Shown one piece after another: positions 18,464 through 26,440 of a DNA stretch of 64,000 nucleotides. The stretch is from a virus. The notes under the pieces were generated by a model. That model saw only the letters and a list, made by a program, of their open reading frames with translations. It was not told the DNA's origin and made no database searches. Within the stretch, counting starts at the first letter, position 1; each line of letters starts with the position of its first letter. The position numbers were made by a program, and so were the translations under genes. The stretch lies in IMG/VR virus record IMGVR_UViG_3300021478_000216, positions 14,995-78,994 of that record. One strand, 5' to 3'.

Positions 18464-21400
18464 ATGGTACACTCCCTGATTATTTCGAACCAGATCGAGC
18501 TGATCGGCGAAGTTCCATCTACGAATCCTCGCTGTCTCGGAGCTATCTTCAGGTTGTCGTCCGATACTAGTTCGCAGCGCTTGGACTTGGGCGCTCCTCA
18601 GCCAACAACGGACTTCGTGGCGTCGCTGCTTCTAGACGGTGAACGTCCGTTCGGTCGTAGGTCTAGTAACCGAACGATCAAGCTGCCTATATCGATCAAC
18701 GCTCCTAGCACGACGGTTCTTGCAGGTGCGATGGAGGTCTTGCAATCAGCCGTTGACCAGGACATGTGGATCCTGCAGTGGACACGAGATCCAGGCCAGG
18801 GTAACCCACAGCTGCCTCTGTTTCTTGACTGCTTCCGTGCGAACCCCTCAGTGCCTGTATACAACCTGACTGACATTACTCAGTGCTATGCTGAGATTCT
18901 GCTAACGATCCCCGCTCTGCCCTACGGTCGTTCTAATATCCGTAGACAGCTGTCGTTCCAGTCTCCTGTTCCTGCATCGCCGCCTCCTCCTCCAGCTCCT
19001 GTAGTTCTGGATAACTACTCAACGATTTCTAGTTCTCAGTTCCAGCAGTCGTCTCAATGTGTCGTAGGTCCTCACTCAGGCTTCTGGGACCCTGACTTTT
19101 TCGGAGATCAGGGAGGTCAGGTTTCGCAGCTGTCGTACAGTTCAGTCTTTACAACTACGCAGAACCTGACTTCTATGGTTTCCCTGCAGTTCTACCTGGG
19201 TCTAGGTACTCGATACTATCACAACCTGGAACACCACGGCGTTACTGAAGGCGTCGAGATCACGATTAACTTCACTGACGTTCTAGGTAATGTTCTGTCG
19301 TTGTCTCGTAACAACTTGAGAATACCTGTATCACCGGTCGTATCAGCACCCTGCTTTAGCCTAGTAACTGTCCCGATTCCACAGAACTCTCAGGTATTCC
19401 AGTACAATGCTGTGGTAAGTTACAGCATGACGATTACTAACAGGCGCGACTTCGGCAATCCGCGGTTCTCTAACGTCTCGGCTTACATTGATGCGCTGAC
19501 TGCATATCCTTCAACTCAAACAGTCCAGCCTGTTACTAGGGGCTTCGTACACCAGCTCTACGAGCTGATAGGTACCGCTCGAGCCCCTATGGCTCTATCG
19601 TTTCAGCAGCTACCGTCGGCTGGTACGCCTACTACGATTACTGCTATAGGTATCGGAAACTATACGGTTCCTGCGTTGACGGCTTATGTTAAGTCTGAAG
19701 TCTGGGCCGCTGGCGGTCCTGGTAGTTCTCGGACTAGCTCTGGCTTCGGTGGCGGAGGCGGTTCTGGCGGCTACTCTCGTGAGAACGTGTTCCCTTGTTC
19801 TTCAGGAGACGTAATTCCTTACAGCGTTGGTGCTGGCGGAACTCCTGGTACTAACGGAGCTGCGACTTACTTCGGACCCGGGCCAGCTAGCCCTCTAGTC
19901 GTAACAGCTAACCCTGGTCAGGCTGCGCCCGCTAACTCGATCACCGGCGGCCTGGGTGGTGCCGCGTCAAGTAACTCAATCAGTTTCTCAGGGGCAGCTG
20001 GTCGAACAGCTTCGGGCAGTGTAGGCGGAGGTGGCGCTTCTTCTGCAGGGCCGACTAGCGCGGGTCAGTCACCTATGGGTACATCAGCTGTCATTCTGAC
20101 AGGTAGCGGTAACTGGACAGCCCCGCTAGGTGTATCACAGGTCTATGTCGAGTGCTGGGCGCCTGGAGGTTCGGGTGCATGTGGTGGTCCTAGCACTAAC
20201 GGTAGCGGCGGCGGTGCCGGCGAATACGTGGCTGCTAATGTAAACGTAGTCGGTGGCAACTCGTACGTTTACGCTTGTGGTACCGGCGGTACACTAGTCA
20301 ACGGCAGCTCGATTAACGGGCATGCAGGATCTGGCCCCACTACGTTTACAGGAGCGAACGGTACCGTAACTGCTAACCCTGGAGCAGCTGGTCTTGGTGT
20401 AGCATATCCTGAGCCTGGAGGCGCTGGTGGTTCGGGCGGTAGCTTTACCGGAGGTCCGTATATAGAGTTCCCCGGTGGTAACGGTGGCGCTTCTAATCCA
20501 TATCCAGGTTCTGGTGGTTCTAGCGGTTCGGCTGCAGGTGCTGGTAATAATGGTGTTAGCACTGGAACTTCTTCGACTCCTGCTCCTGCAGGCGGTGGTG
20601 CGGGAGGTGCGAGCTCTGGACCGACGAATAACATTGGACAGCCTGGTTCGGCTCCAGGTGGCGGTGGTGGTGGTACTTACAATGCAGGCAACAACTCTGG
20701 TGCAGGAGCTAACGGACAAATCCGTATTACTTATCCTGGAGGCGCACCTACTAATAACGGCGCAGCTGCAGTCAGCGGAGGCGGTGCGGGAGGCAACGGT
20801 GGAGGCTCGGCTAATACTCCAGGTAGCAACGGTAGTAACCCTGGAGGCGGCGGTGGTGGCGCTGACTCTAGCGGAACTGCTGAGACTGGTGGTAACGGTG
20901 GTAACGGCCAGCTAACTGTTACACCTTATAGTAGTGCGGCTTTCAAGACGCTGCTTGTTCATAGGCCTCCTCTAGGGTGCAATCCGAACTTCCAGCCTCT
21001 GGTAAGTATCGGTAACGGTAGCGACGTGCCTAATGGTGGTACGCAGTATACGATGCCTCAGCCTGTAGCAGGCGTGCCTGCAGACTTCGGCGGCACGTAT
21101 ACGATATATGCAATCAACAAGACCTGGAACGGCTCAGGTACTAGGACTGTTACAGTTACCGTGACGCAGAAGGAATCTGCATCAGGGGCTTCTCACAGCG
21201 TCTCTACTATACCGGTAACATTCACGCCTTCTCAGGTTACAAACGGGTTCCTAGTAGCTGGTGTCCTGACGCTTCCTAACTGGAAATTGGCACCTGACAA
21301 TGTCGGAGCCGTGTATACAGTATCTATTAACGACACGAACACGTCAGACCGATTCTACGACCTGATCTTCGTAGACACCCAAGGTCAGACGATTCTGATC

Positions 21401-21661
21401 AATGAGCCTACTACAGGCTACATCAACTACTACATTGACATCCCTGATCCTAACGTCAACCTCGGTAACATCATGGGTAGTCAGAGTGGTCGTCCGAATG
21501 CTATTAGTGTACAGGATCAGACAACTGTCTCAGGTGTCTGTCTATTCCTTGAACCAACAGACTGCATAAACCAGCTATTTGTGTACAGCGTCGATGCAGC
21601 AGCTGGGATCGCTGTCTCTGCTGAGTATTATCCTCACTGGTGGTTTGACAGGTCTCAATAG
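18464..21661 (+). CDS. Minor tail protein (distal-tail-like N-terminus, Gly-rich insert)
   Basis: 1065 aa after tape measure; long GGGG-rich domain. Confidence 0.75.
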   Translation: MVHSLIISNQIELIGEVPSTNPRCLGAIFRLSSDTSSQRLDLGAPQPTTDFVASLLLDGERPFGRRSSNRTIKLPISINAPSTTVLAGAMEVLQSAVDQDMWILQWTRDPGQGNPQLPLFLDCFRANPSVPVYNLTDITQCYAEILLTIPALPYGRSNIRRQLSFQSPVPASPPPPPAPVVLDNYSTISSSQFQQSSQCVVGPHSGFWDPDFFGDQGGQVSQLSYSSVFTTTQNLTSMVSLQFYLGLGTRYYHNLEHHGVTEGVEITINFTDVLGNVLSLSRNNLRIPVSPVVSAPCFSLVTVPIPQNSQVFQYNAVVSYSMTITNRRDFGNPRFSNVSAYIDALTAYPSTQTVQPVTRGFVHQLYELIGTARAPMALSFQQLPSAGTPTTITAIGIGNYTVPALTAYVKSEVWAAGGPGSSRTSSGFGGGGGSGGYSRENVFPCSSGDVIPYSVGAGGTPGTNGAATYFGPGPASPLVVTANPGQAAPANSITGGLGGAASSNSISFSGAAGRTASGSVGGGGASSAGPTSAGQSPMGTSAVILTGSGNWTAPLGVSQVYVECWAPGGSGACGGPSTNGSGGGAGEYVAANVNVVGGNSYVYACGTGGTLVNGSSINGHAGSGPTTFTGANGTVTANPGAAGLGVAYPEPGGAGGSGGSFTGGPYIEFPGGNGGASNPYPGSGGSSGSAAGAGNNGVSTGTSSTPAPAGGGAGGASSGPTNNIGQPGSAPGGGGGGTYNAGNNSGAGANGQIRITYPGGAPTNNGAAAVSGGGAGGNGGGSANTPGSNGSNPGGGGGGADSSGTAETGGNGGNGQLTVTPYSSAAFKTLLVHRPPLGCNPNFQPLVSIGNGSDVPNGGTQYTMPQPVAGVPADFGGTYTIYAINKTWNGSGTRTVTVTVTQKESASGASHSVSTIPVTFTPSQVTNGFLVAGVLTLPNWKLAPDNVGAVYTVSINDTNTSDRFYDLIFVDTQGQTILINEPTTGYINYYIDIPDPNVNLGNIMGSQSGRPNAISVQDQTTVSGVCLFLEPTDCINQLFVYSVDAAAGIAVSAEYYPHWWFDRSQ

Positions 21662-21666
21662 GAGGT

Positions 21667-22842
21667 TTGGTGACTGGACAGTTTACTGCTACGTACCCAG
21701 CATATCCTGGGACTAGTCAAGTTGCAACAGCTGTGCCGGGTACTTCAAACTGGCGATACATGGGGTCTATAGGTCAGATGACGGCGCTGACCTACAGCTT
21801 CAGCTGTCCTGGAGGTTGCTTCGATAGCGCCTGGACTCTACGAGTACCTATTGCCTATCGTGACCAGTCGTTCAACCCAGGAGATCTAGTTAGAATCACA
21901 CGAGGAGGTCACCAAGTATGGAAGGGCAAGCTCGACGAAGCCCAGCCTTCTTCCAGTGGATGGAACTTCACTGCTACAGGTGACGGAGCTAGAGGTTCTG
22001 ACTTCGTAGCTTACTATACGGATCCTTGGCCTGTAAGTCAGCCTGACGAGTCCGTAAACAATGCGATCACGCGCGGCTTGCCTTGGGTGAATCCTGGAAT
22101 AGGTACTCCTACTGGCATATGGCTGGGCCAAGGAGTCGATCCAGGTGCACAGTTTATATCAGACCTACTCAACCTAGTTTGCACTCGCGGAGGCCTAACC
22201 TGGTATGTTAACAGTCAGCCTGGAGGAAGAATAGGCAGTACCTTGTCGGTGTTTCCTCTACCTACGACTGTTAACCGTCTGATAGTGTCTTCACAGCCTG
22301 TGCCTCGGACACTAGGCGGCTATGTTAATACGCTGTTTATAAGGTACGAAACTGCAGCTGATAGTTCTGGAACTGATCAAGGTTCTGTTACGCCTGCTGC
22401 TTTCGCTACTACTTCAGTACAGAATACTGCTTCAGCAAGTGTCCACGGGGTCATAGAGGACTACATTGACCTGTCGAACGCTGGAATCATGACTCAAGCA
22501 GCGGCACAGGCTGTAGGTAACAGTGTACTATCGATTTATCAGGCAGCTACGTTTGCAGGTCCTTTTGAGATAAATTACGGGCAGCTGTTGACTACTGGTG
22601 GCCAGCCTATCGATCCAGGAACCGACCAAGCAGGGACAGTTGCTCAACTGATAGTTACAGACTTCGGCTACGGTGGCGAAGTTACTCCTCAGTTCCCAGT
22701 GATATTCCCTGTAGGCAAATATCTATGGGACGACTTCGCTCAAGTAGCTACAGTCACACCGTTCCAGAACCTAGACCAGTCGATTTCAGGTCTTTTGTCG
22801 ATGGAGAGTACCGTACTAACGCCTATTACGACTTCGAGTTAA
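21667..22842 (+). CDS. Minor tail protein (hub/baseplate-like)
   Basis: 391 aa, second gene after tape measure, VWKGKLDE motif. Confidence 0.65.
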   Translation: MVTGQFTATYPAYPGTSQVATAVPGTSNWRYMGSIGQMTALTYSFSCPGGCFDSAWTLRVPIAYRDQSFNPGDLVRITRGGHQVWKGKLDEAQPSSSGWNFTATGDGARGSDFVAYYTDPWPVSQPDESVNNAITRGLPWVNPGIGTPTGIWLGQGVDPGAQFISDLLNLVCTRGGLTWYVNSQPGGRIGSTLSVFPLPTTVNRLIVSSQPVPRTLGGYVNTLFIRYETAADSSGTDQGSVTPAAFATTSVQNTASASVHGVIEDYIDLSNAGIMTQAAAQAVGNSVLSIYQAATFAGPFEINYGQLLTTGGQPIDPGTDQAGTVAQLIVTDFGYGGEVTPQFPVIFPVGKYLWDDFAQVATVTPFQNLDQSISGLLSMESTVLTPITTSS

Positions 22843-22850
22843 GGAGCACC

Positions 22851-23303
22851 ATGAAGCAGATCATCACGCAGGCGATAGCACTTATTCCGGTGCTCTGGCT
22901 ACACGGAGTCGAGAGTCTGATTGCTCTAGCAGTGTTCTTGCTGATATCGTTGCATGCTAGTTCTTCGAACGTTGCAGCCAAAGCTCGTAGCACTGAAACT
23001 CGTGTAGCTAATCTCGAAGGTATCGTTTTTCCGAACACAGGCGGAACCGTCAACGGAGACGTAAACTCGACTGGGACCGTCTCGGGAAATACTCTCCAGG
23101 GTAATCTCAACGCAGGCTACGTGCAAGGTACGGTCAGCAACGCTAACGTAGCTAACAACCTGAACGGTCTGAACATTCCTCAGAGTCGAGGCGGAGGTAT
23201 GACTAACGCACCGGCTTCGTACTCTCAGTCCTGGGGTGCTTCTGTCGTAACGGAGGTTACTCAGATCAACAATGCACTCGGTAATGCTGGTATCTTCGTG
23301 TAA
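22851..23303 (+). CDS. Hypothetical protein with N-terminal hydrophobic segment
   Basis: AAGGAG RBS before ATG 22851. Confidence 0.6.
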   Translation: MKQIITQAIALIPVLWLHGVESLIALAVFLLISLHASSSNVAAKARSTETRVANLEGIVFPNTGGTVNGDVNSTGTVSGNTLQGNLNAGYVQGTVSNANVANNLNGLNIPQSRGGGMTNAPASYSQSWGASVVTEVTQINNALGNAGIFV

Positions 23304-23315
23304 GGGAGCAGTATC

Positions 23316-23624
23316 ATGGTAATGTTCGATGAGCTCAACGCGGTGGCTACTGTTAATCAGATCCAGCAGCACCTCGCAGCTCTAATGAGAGCTTTCGAAG
23401 CCTGTGAGGACGACTATGAGTGGTCGTCGGCGTATTCTCAGACCGACTTCGAAGCACCTCCCCTGTCGATGTCAGGTAACGCTTCTCAGCAAGTCTTGAA
23501 CGCGCTAGCTGACGTTCACGACCTGTACGAGACTGCTAAGGGGACTCCGGGATTTCCACTTCCGGCTCTGCCGTACAACTTCACTGCATCTATGCGTGCA
23601 GTGATAGGGTCAAGAAATCCTTAG
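23316..23624 (+). CDS. Hypothetical protein
   Basis: 102 aa, GGGAG RBS, operon context. Confidence 0.65.
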   Translation: MVMFDELNAVATVNQIQQHLAALMRAFEACEDDYEWSSAYSQTDFEAPPLSMSGNASQQVLNALADVHDLYETAKGTPGFPLPALPYNFTASMRAVIGSRNP

Positions 23625-23638
23625 ATAAGAAGGTACGG

Positions 23639-24142
23639 ATGGCGGACAGAAATAGGCCACACTTCGGACACACGAAGACGGGTCACGCAGTTCACCTACA
23701 CGCAATCGATCATCTGCCTACACATAACGCGTATGCACGGTTTAACCGTAGGGTCGCGATCGCGATAACCACCCGGGTCGGTTCAATGACCTGTGCCTGG
23801 ATCTTCTGTCTGCTAGCCCTACTAAGCCTGCCAGCTGTGTTGACACTAGTGTTCAGCCTGCACTTCTTTCCGCAGTGGCTAGTTTCGGCCGGCCTAATCG
23901 CGCTAGTAGCATGGATCGCTCAGACGTTTATTCAGCTCGTGCTCCTAAGCGTGATCATGGTAGGACAGAATATCCAGCAGACTGCTTCCGATGCTCGGTC
24001 AGCGAAGCAGTTCGAGGATACGGAGCACATAGTAGACCAGCTCGACCTGAATACTGAAGGCGGGCTCTCAGTAGTCCTCACAGCGGTCATAGAGCTGAAC
24101 GAGCGCATGGGTCGCTTCGAGGCTGGACAAAGGAAGGAGTAG
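23639..24142 (+). CDS. DUF1003-like membrane protein
   Basis: ITTRVGSM...IQLVLLSVIMVGQN pattern, two TM segments. Confidence 0.7.
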   Translation: MADRNRPHFGHTKTGHAVHLHAIDHLPTHNAYARFNRRVAIAITTRVGSMTCAWIFCLLALLSLPAVLTLVFSLHFFPQWLVSAGLIALVAWIAQTFIQLVLLSVIMVGQNIQQTASDARSAKQFEDTEHIVDQLDLNTEGGLSVVLTAVIELNERMGRFEAGQRKE

Positions 24143-24145
24143 GTC

Positions 24146-24319
24146 ATGTTCAACAACATCGGTCAGTACAGTAAGTTCATCGTAGCCGTCCTAGGTGCGA
24201 TCTCCACAGGGGTCACGACCTTCGGTCACAACTCGCCTATGACGTCGACAGTCGTAGCTGCGATCGCAGCTGTCGTTGTCTGGCTCGTGCCTAACCAGCC
24301 CAAGCCTCCGACGTCTTAA
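24146..24319 (+). CDS. Holin (57 aa, 2 TM; not in ORF track)
   Basis: MFNNIGQYSKFIVAVLGAI...AIAAVVVWLVPNQP; directly upstream of endolysin. Confidence 0.7.
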   Translation: MFNNIGQYSKFIVAVLGAISTGVTTFGHNSPMTSTVVAAIAAVVVWLVPNQPKPPTS

Positions 24320-24337
24320 TCAGGAAGGCGGACAAAC

Positions 24338-25396
24338 ATGGGTGTTATACCAGCGTTCGATGCAACATCCGCAAACTACGGAGCACTGCCTCCAGGGCAA
24401 CGGTGCGCCTACGTTACAGGAACTCCAGACATCCTGTGGACTACTGCAGAGCTAGTTGCTAACCCTGGGGTCGTCCTAATCGCTCAGGCAGTCGGGCTCG
24501 CAATCGACGAGAGTCCGTTTCCTGACATCCTGGACGTAGAAGGCGGAGCAGCCACCTATGCAGACTGTGGGCCTTGGGCCATCGCGATGCAGGCAGCTTT
24601 CTCAACTGACAAGAGGCCAGGACAGCGTAGACCTGCTATCTACTGTTCGGCTAGTAATGTCTCGAACATCGTCAACGCTCTTGTAGCTGCAGGAGTTACG
24701 AGTCATGTCGGGCTGTGGATCGCGAACTGGAACCTAAGCGACGCACAGGCGGTCGTAGAGGTTCTTACGGCGTCTGGTCCGTTCCCAATTATCGCTATCC
24801 AGTTCAGTGCACTAGGGGGCGGAGGCTCCTATGACCTGGATGTCTTCTCAACGTCATGGCTAGCGGACCAGTCAGGCGTCGCAGGAGACCTAGTGTCGCA
24901 AGGCTCTTCGGGCCCTGCAGTCGTCGCTCTTCAGACAGCTCTCAACACCTGGATCTCGCCGAAGATAGCCATCGATGGCTTGTTCGGCCGAGAAACCTTG
25001 AAGGCGACTGAAGAGTTCCAAACGGATAAGCATCTCACGGTCGACGGTATAGCAGGTCCTGCAACCTGGAAGGCTCTTGAGCCTTCGGCGCCCGACCCCA
25101 CTCCTGTTCCGACGCCATCGTCTGCTCCAGGAGGTCTGAAGCAGACTGTTAGGTCGGCGGCTTCTGAAGCTATCTTCTCATGGCAGGCTGTTGCAGGAGT
25201 AGCTCTGACAGAAGGTTACCACTTGCAGGTTGAGTGGGAGAAGTCAGGCTTCGGGTGGGTCCTGTCGTTCGACGTCACAGTTAAGGCGCTAACGCAATTG
25301 GTAGCGCTAGCGCCGCGAACGACTTACAGATGGAGAGTGGCGGCAAATACTACAGACCACATCTGGTCTAGCTGGGTCCAGTTCGTTACGACCTAG
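24338..25396 (+). CDS. Endolysin (GH25-like catalytic domain, peptidoglycan-binding domain, FN3-like tail)
   Basis: LDVEGG, PAIYCS, LWIANW, YDLDV motifs; PGBD GSSGPAVVALQ...DGLFG...VDGIAGPATW. Confidence 0.85.
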   Translation: MGVIPAFDATSANYGALPPGQRCAYVTGTPDILWTTAELVANPGVVLIAQAVGLAIDESPFPDILDVEGGAATYADCGPWAIAMQAAFSTDKRPGQRRPAIYCSASNVSNIVNALVAAGVTSHVGLWIANWNLSDAQAVVEVLTASGPFPIIAIQFSALGGGGSYDLDVFSTSWLADQSGVAGDLVSQGSSGPAVVALQTALNTWISPKIAIDGLFGRETLKATEEFQTDKHLTVDGIAGPATWKALEPSAPDPTPVPTPSSAPGGLKQTVRSAASEAIFSWQAVAGVALTEGYHLQVEWEKSGFGWVLSFDVTVKALTQLVALAPRTTYRWRVAANTTDHIWSSWVQFVTT

Positions 25397-25404
25397 CCCT
25401 AGGC

Positions 25405-25451
25405 GCCTGGCCCTCTCTCGCCGTCCGCCCGAGGGAGGGTCAGGCTTTGTT
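25405..25451 (+). terminator. Rho-independent terminator at end of late arm
   Basis: GCCTGGCCCTCTCTCG/CGAGGGAGGGTCAGGC stem followed by TTTGTT; arms converge here. Confidence 0.75.
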
Positions 25452-25465
25452 CGCTAGGGAGATTG

Positions 25466-25609
25466 CTAGAGCAGGTCCCAGAACGTAGTGCTCATCGCCC
25501 TGGCGTCCAGGTATGCGGGAGTGCGTAGCCAGAACGGGACCGGGCTGCCCAGTCGCATGTCCGGACCGCTGTCGTACGAGCCGTTGCCTGAGACGTGGCT
25601 CCGATTCAC
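25466..25609 (-). CDS. 47-aa peptide, paralog B (not in ORF track)
   Basis: MNRSHVSGNGSYDSGPDMRLGSPVPFWLRTPAYLDARAMSTTFWDLL; GTGA-coupled to paralog A. Confidence 0.7.
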   Translation of the reverse strand: MNRSHVSGNGSYDSGPDMRLGSPVPFWLRTPAYLDARAMSTTFWDLL

Positions 25610-25752
25610 AGTAGGTTCCAGAACGTAGTGCTGGTCATCCTAGCGTCGATGTACGCAGGAGTCCGCATGTAGAATGGGATCGGGCTGCCCATCCGCATAT
25701 CCGGACCACCGTCGCACGCGCCGTTTCCGTTGGCGTAGCTGCGGTTTTCCAT
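25606..25752 (-). CDS. 48-aa peptide, paralog A (not in ORF track)
   Basis: MENRSYANGNGACDGGPDMRMGSPIPFYMRTPAYIDARMTSTTFWNLL; GAGAGGA RBS. Confidence 0.7.
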   Translation of the reverse strand: MENRSYANGNGACDGGPDMRMGSPIPFYMRTPAYIDARMTSTTFWNLL

Positions 25753-25887
25753 GACTGTTCCTCTCATTGATCTGTTCATCTATACCAGTGTGACTTGGAT
25801 GTCTCCTACGATATGCAAGGTTCTCGCGGACGTCTCTATCGGTGTACTTGTAATCGTAAGCTGGCATTCAGCACCTCCGTTCTTTTA

Positions 25888-25917
25888 ATTATATATCAAT
25901 ATGATAGTCGAAAGCAA
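25888..25917 (-). promoter_or_regulatory. Promoter, TTGCTT-N18-TATAAT
   Basis: Promoter family member; followed by GGAGGTG RBS. Confidence 0.75.
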
Positions 25918-25935
25918 GAGGCTACAGTGAGGTTT

Positions 25936-26091
25936 CTATTCGGCTTTTATGATACGCTCCGCAGCTGTAAACCAGACCTCTACTAGACGCCATCTCCAGT
26001 TCCAAGTAGAGGAATTTTCAGGAGACGAGATAGCGCAGACCATATGACTGCAGATCATGTCGAAGCAAGAGTCTAGAGCTTGACCTTTCAT
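25936..26091 (-). CDS. 51-aa hypothetical protein
   Basis: ATGA overlap with upstream micro-ORF. Confidence 0.45.
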   Translation of the reverse strand: MKGQALDSCFDMICSHMVCAISSPENSSTWNWRWRLVEVWFTAAERIIKAE

Positions 26092-26201
26092 GTCACACCT
26101 AGCAGGACGATGAGAACTATAGTGAACATACAAGTGAGAGCTATACCGGTAATGAAGCCTCGTGTCCAGTACTTCTCTTGTTCAGGAGTCATGGGCTTCA
26201 T
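26088..26201 (-). CDS. 37-aa single-TM micro-protein
   Basis: MKPMTPEQEKYWTRGFITGIALTCMFTIVLIVLLGVT; tightly packed. Confidence 0.55.
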   Translation of the reverse strand: MKPMTPEQEKYWTRGFITGIALTCMFTIVLIVLLGVT

Positions 26202-26202
26202 G

Positions 26203-26316
26203 TTACCAGAAGTCCATGAAGTGCGATATCCAGTTAAGGAACCATATAACGGCTACTATTCCTAGGATGATCACGACGATAAGAATTACTAGAAGCCAGA
26301 TCGGAATAGATACCAT
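26203..26316 (-). CDS. 37-aa single-TM micro-protein
   Basis: MVSIPIWLLVILIVVIILGIVAVIWFLNWISHFMDFW. Confidence 0.55.
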   Translation of the reverse strand: MVSIPIWLLVILIVVIILGIVAVIWFLNWISHFMDFW

Positions 26317-26317
26317 A

Positions 26318-26440
26318 CTACCGGTCCTTATACCAGTCTCGGAGCCACTTGAACAAGTGGCTATACTTGATAAGTACGCACATGAGTAGAAACGAGTTAA
26401 GATATAGGATGGCTAGTATTACGGTCGGTATAGTGCTCAT
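26318..26440 (-). CDS. 40-aa single-TM micro-protein
   Basis: MSTIPTVILAILYLNSFLLMCVLIKYSHLFKWLRDWYKDR; ATGA overlap with polymerase stop. Confidence 0.55.
   Translation of the reverse strand: MSTIPTVILAILYLNSFLLMCVLIKYSHLFKWLRDWYKDR

Noticed and set aside
19680-20910. Gly-rich stretch as a novel repeat system
   Set aside because: Common glycine-rich domain of phage minor tail proteins
25466-25752. Diversity-generating retroelement TR/VR pair
   Set aside because: Differences are not confined to adenines and no reverse transcriptase is present in the window
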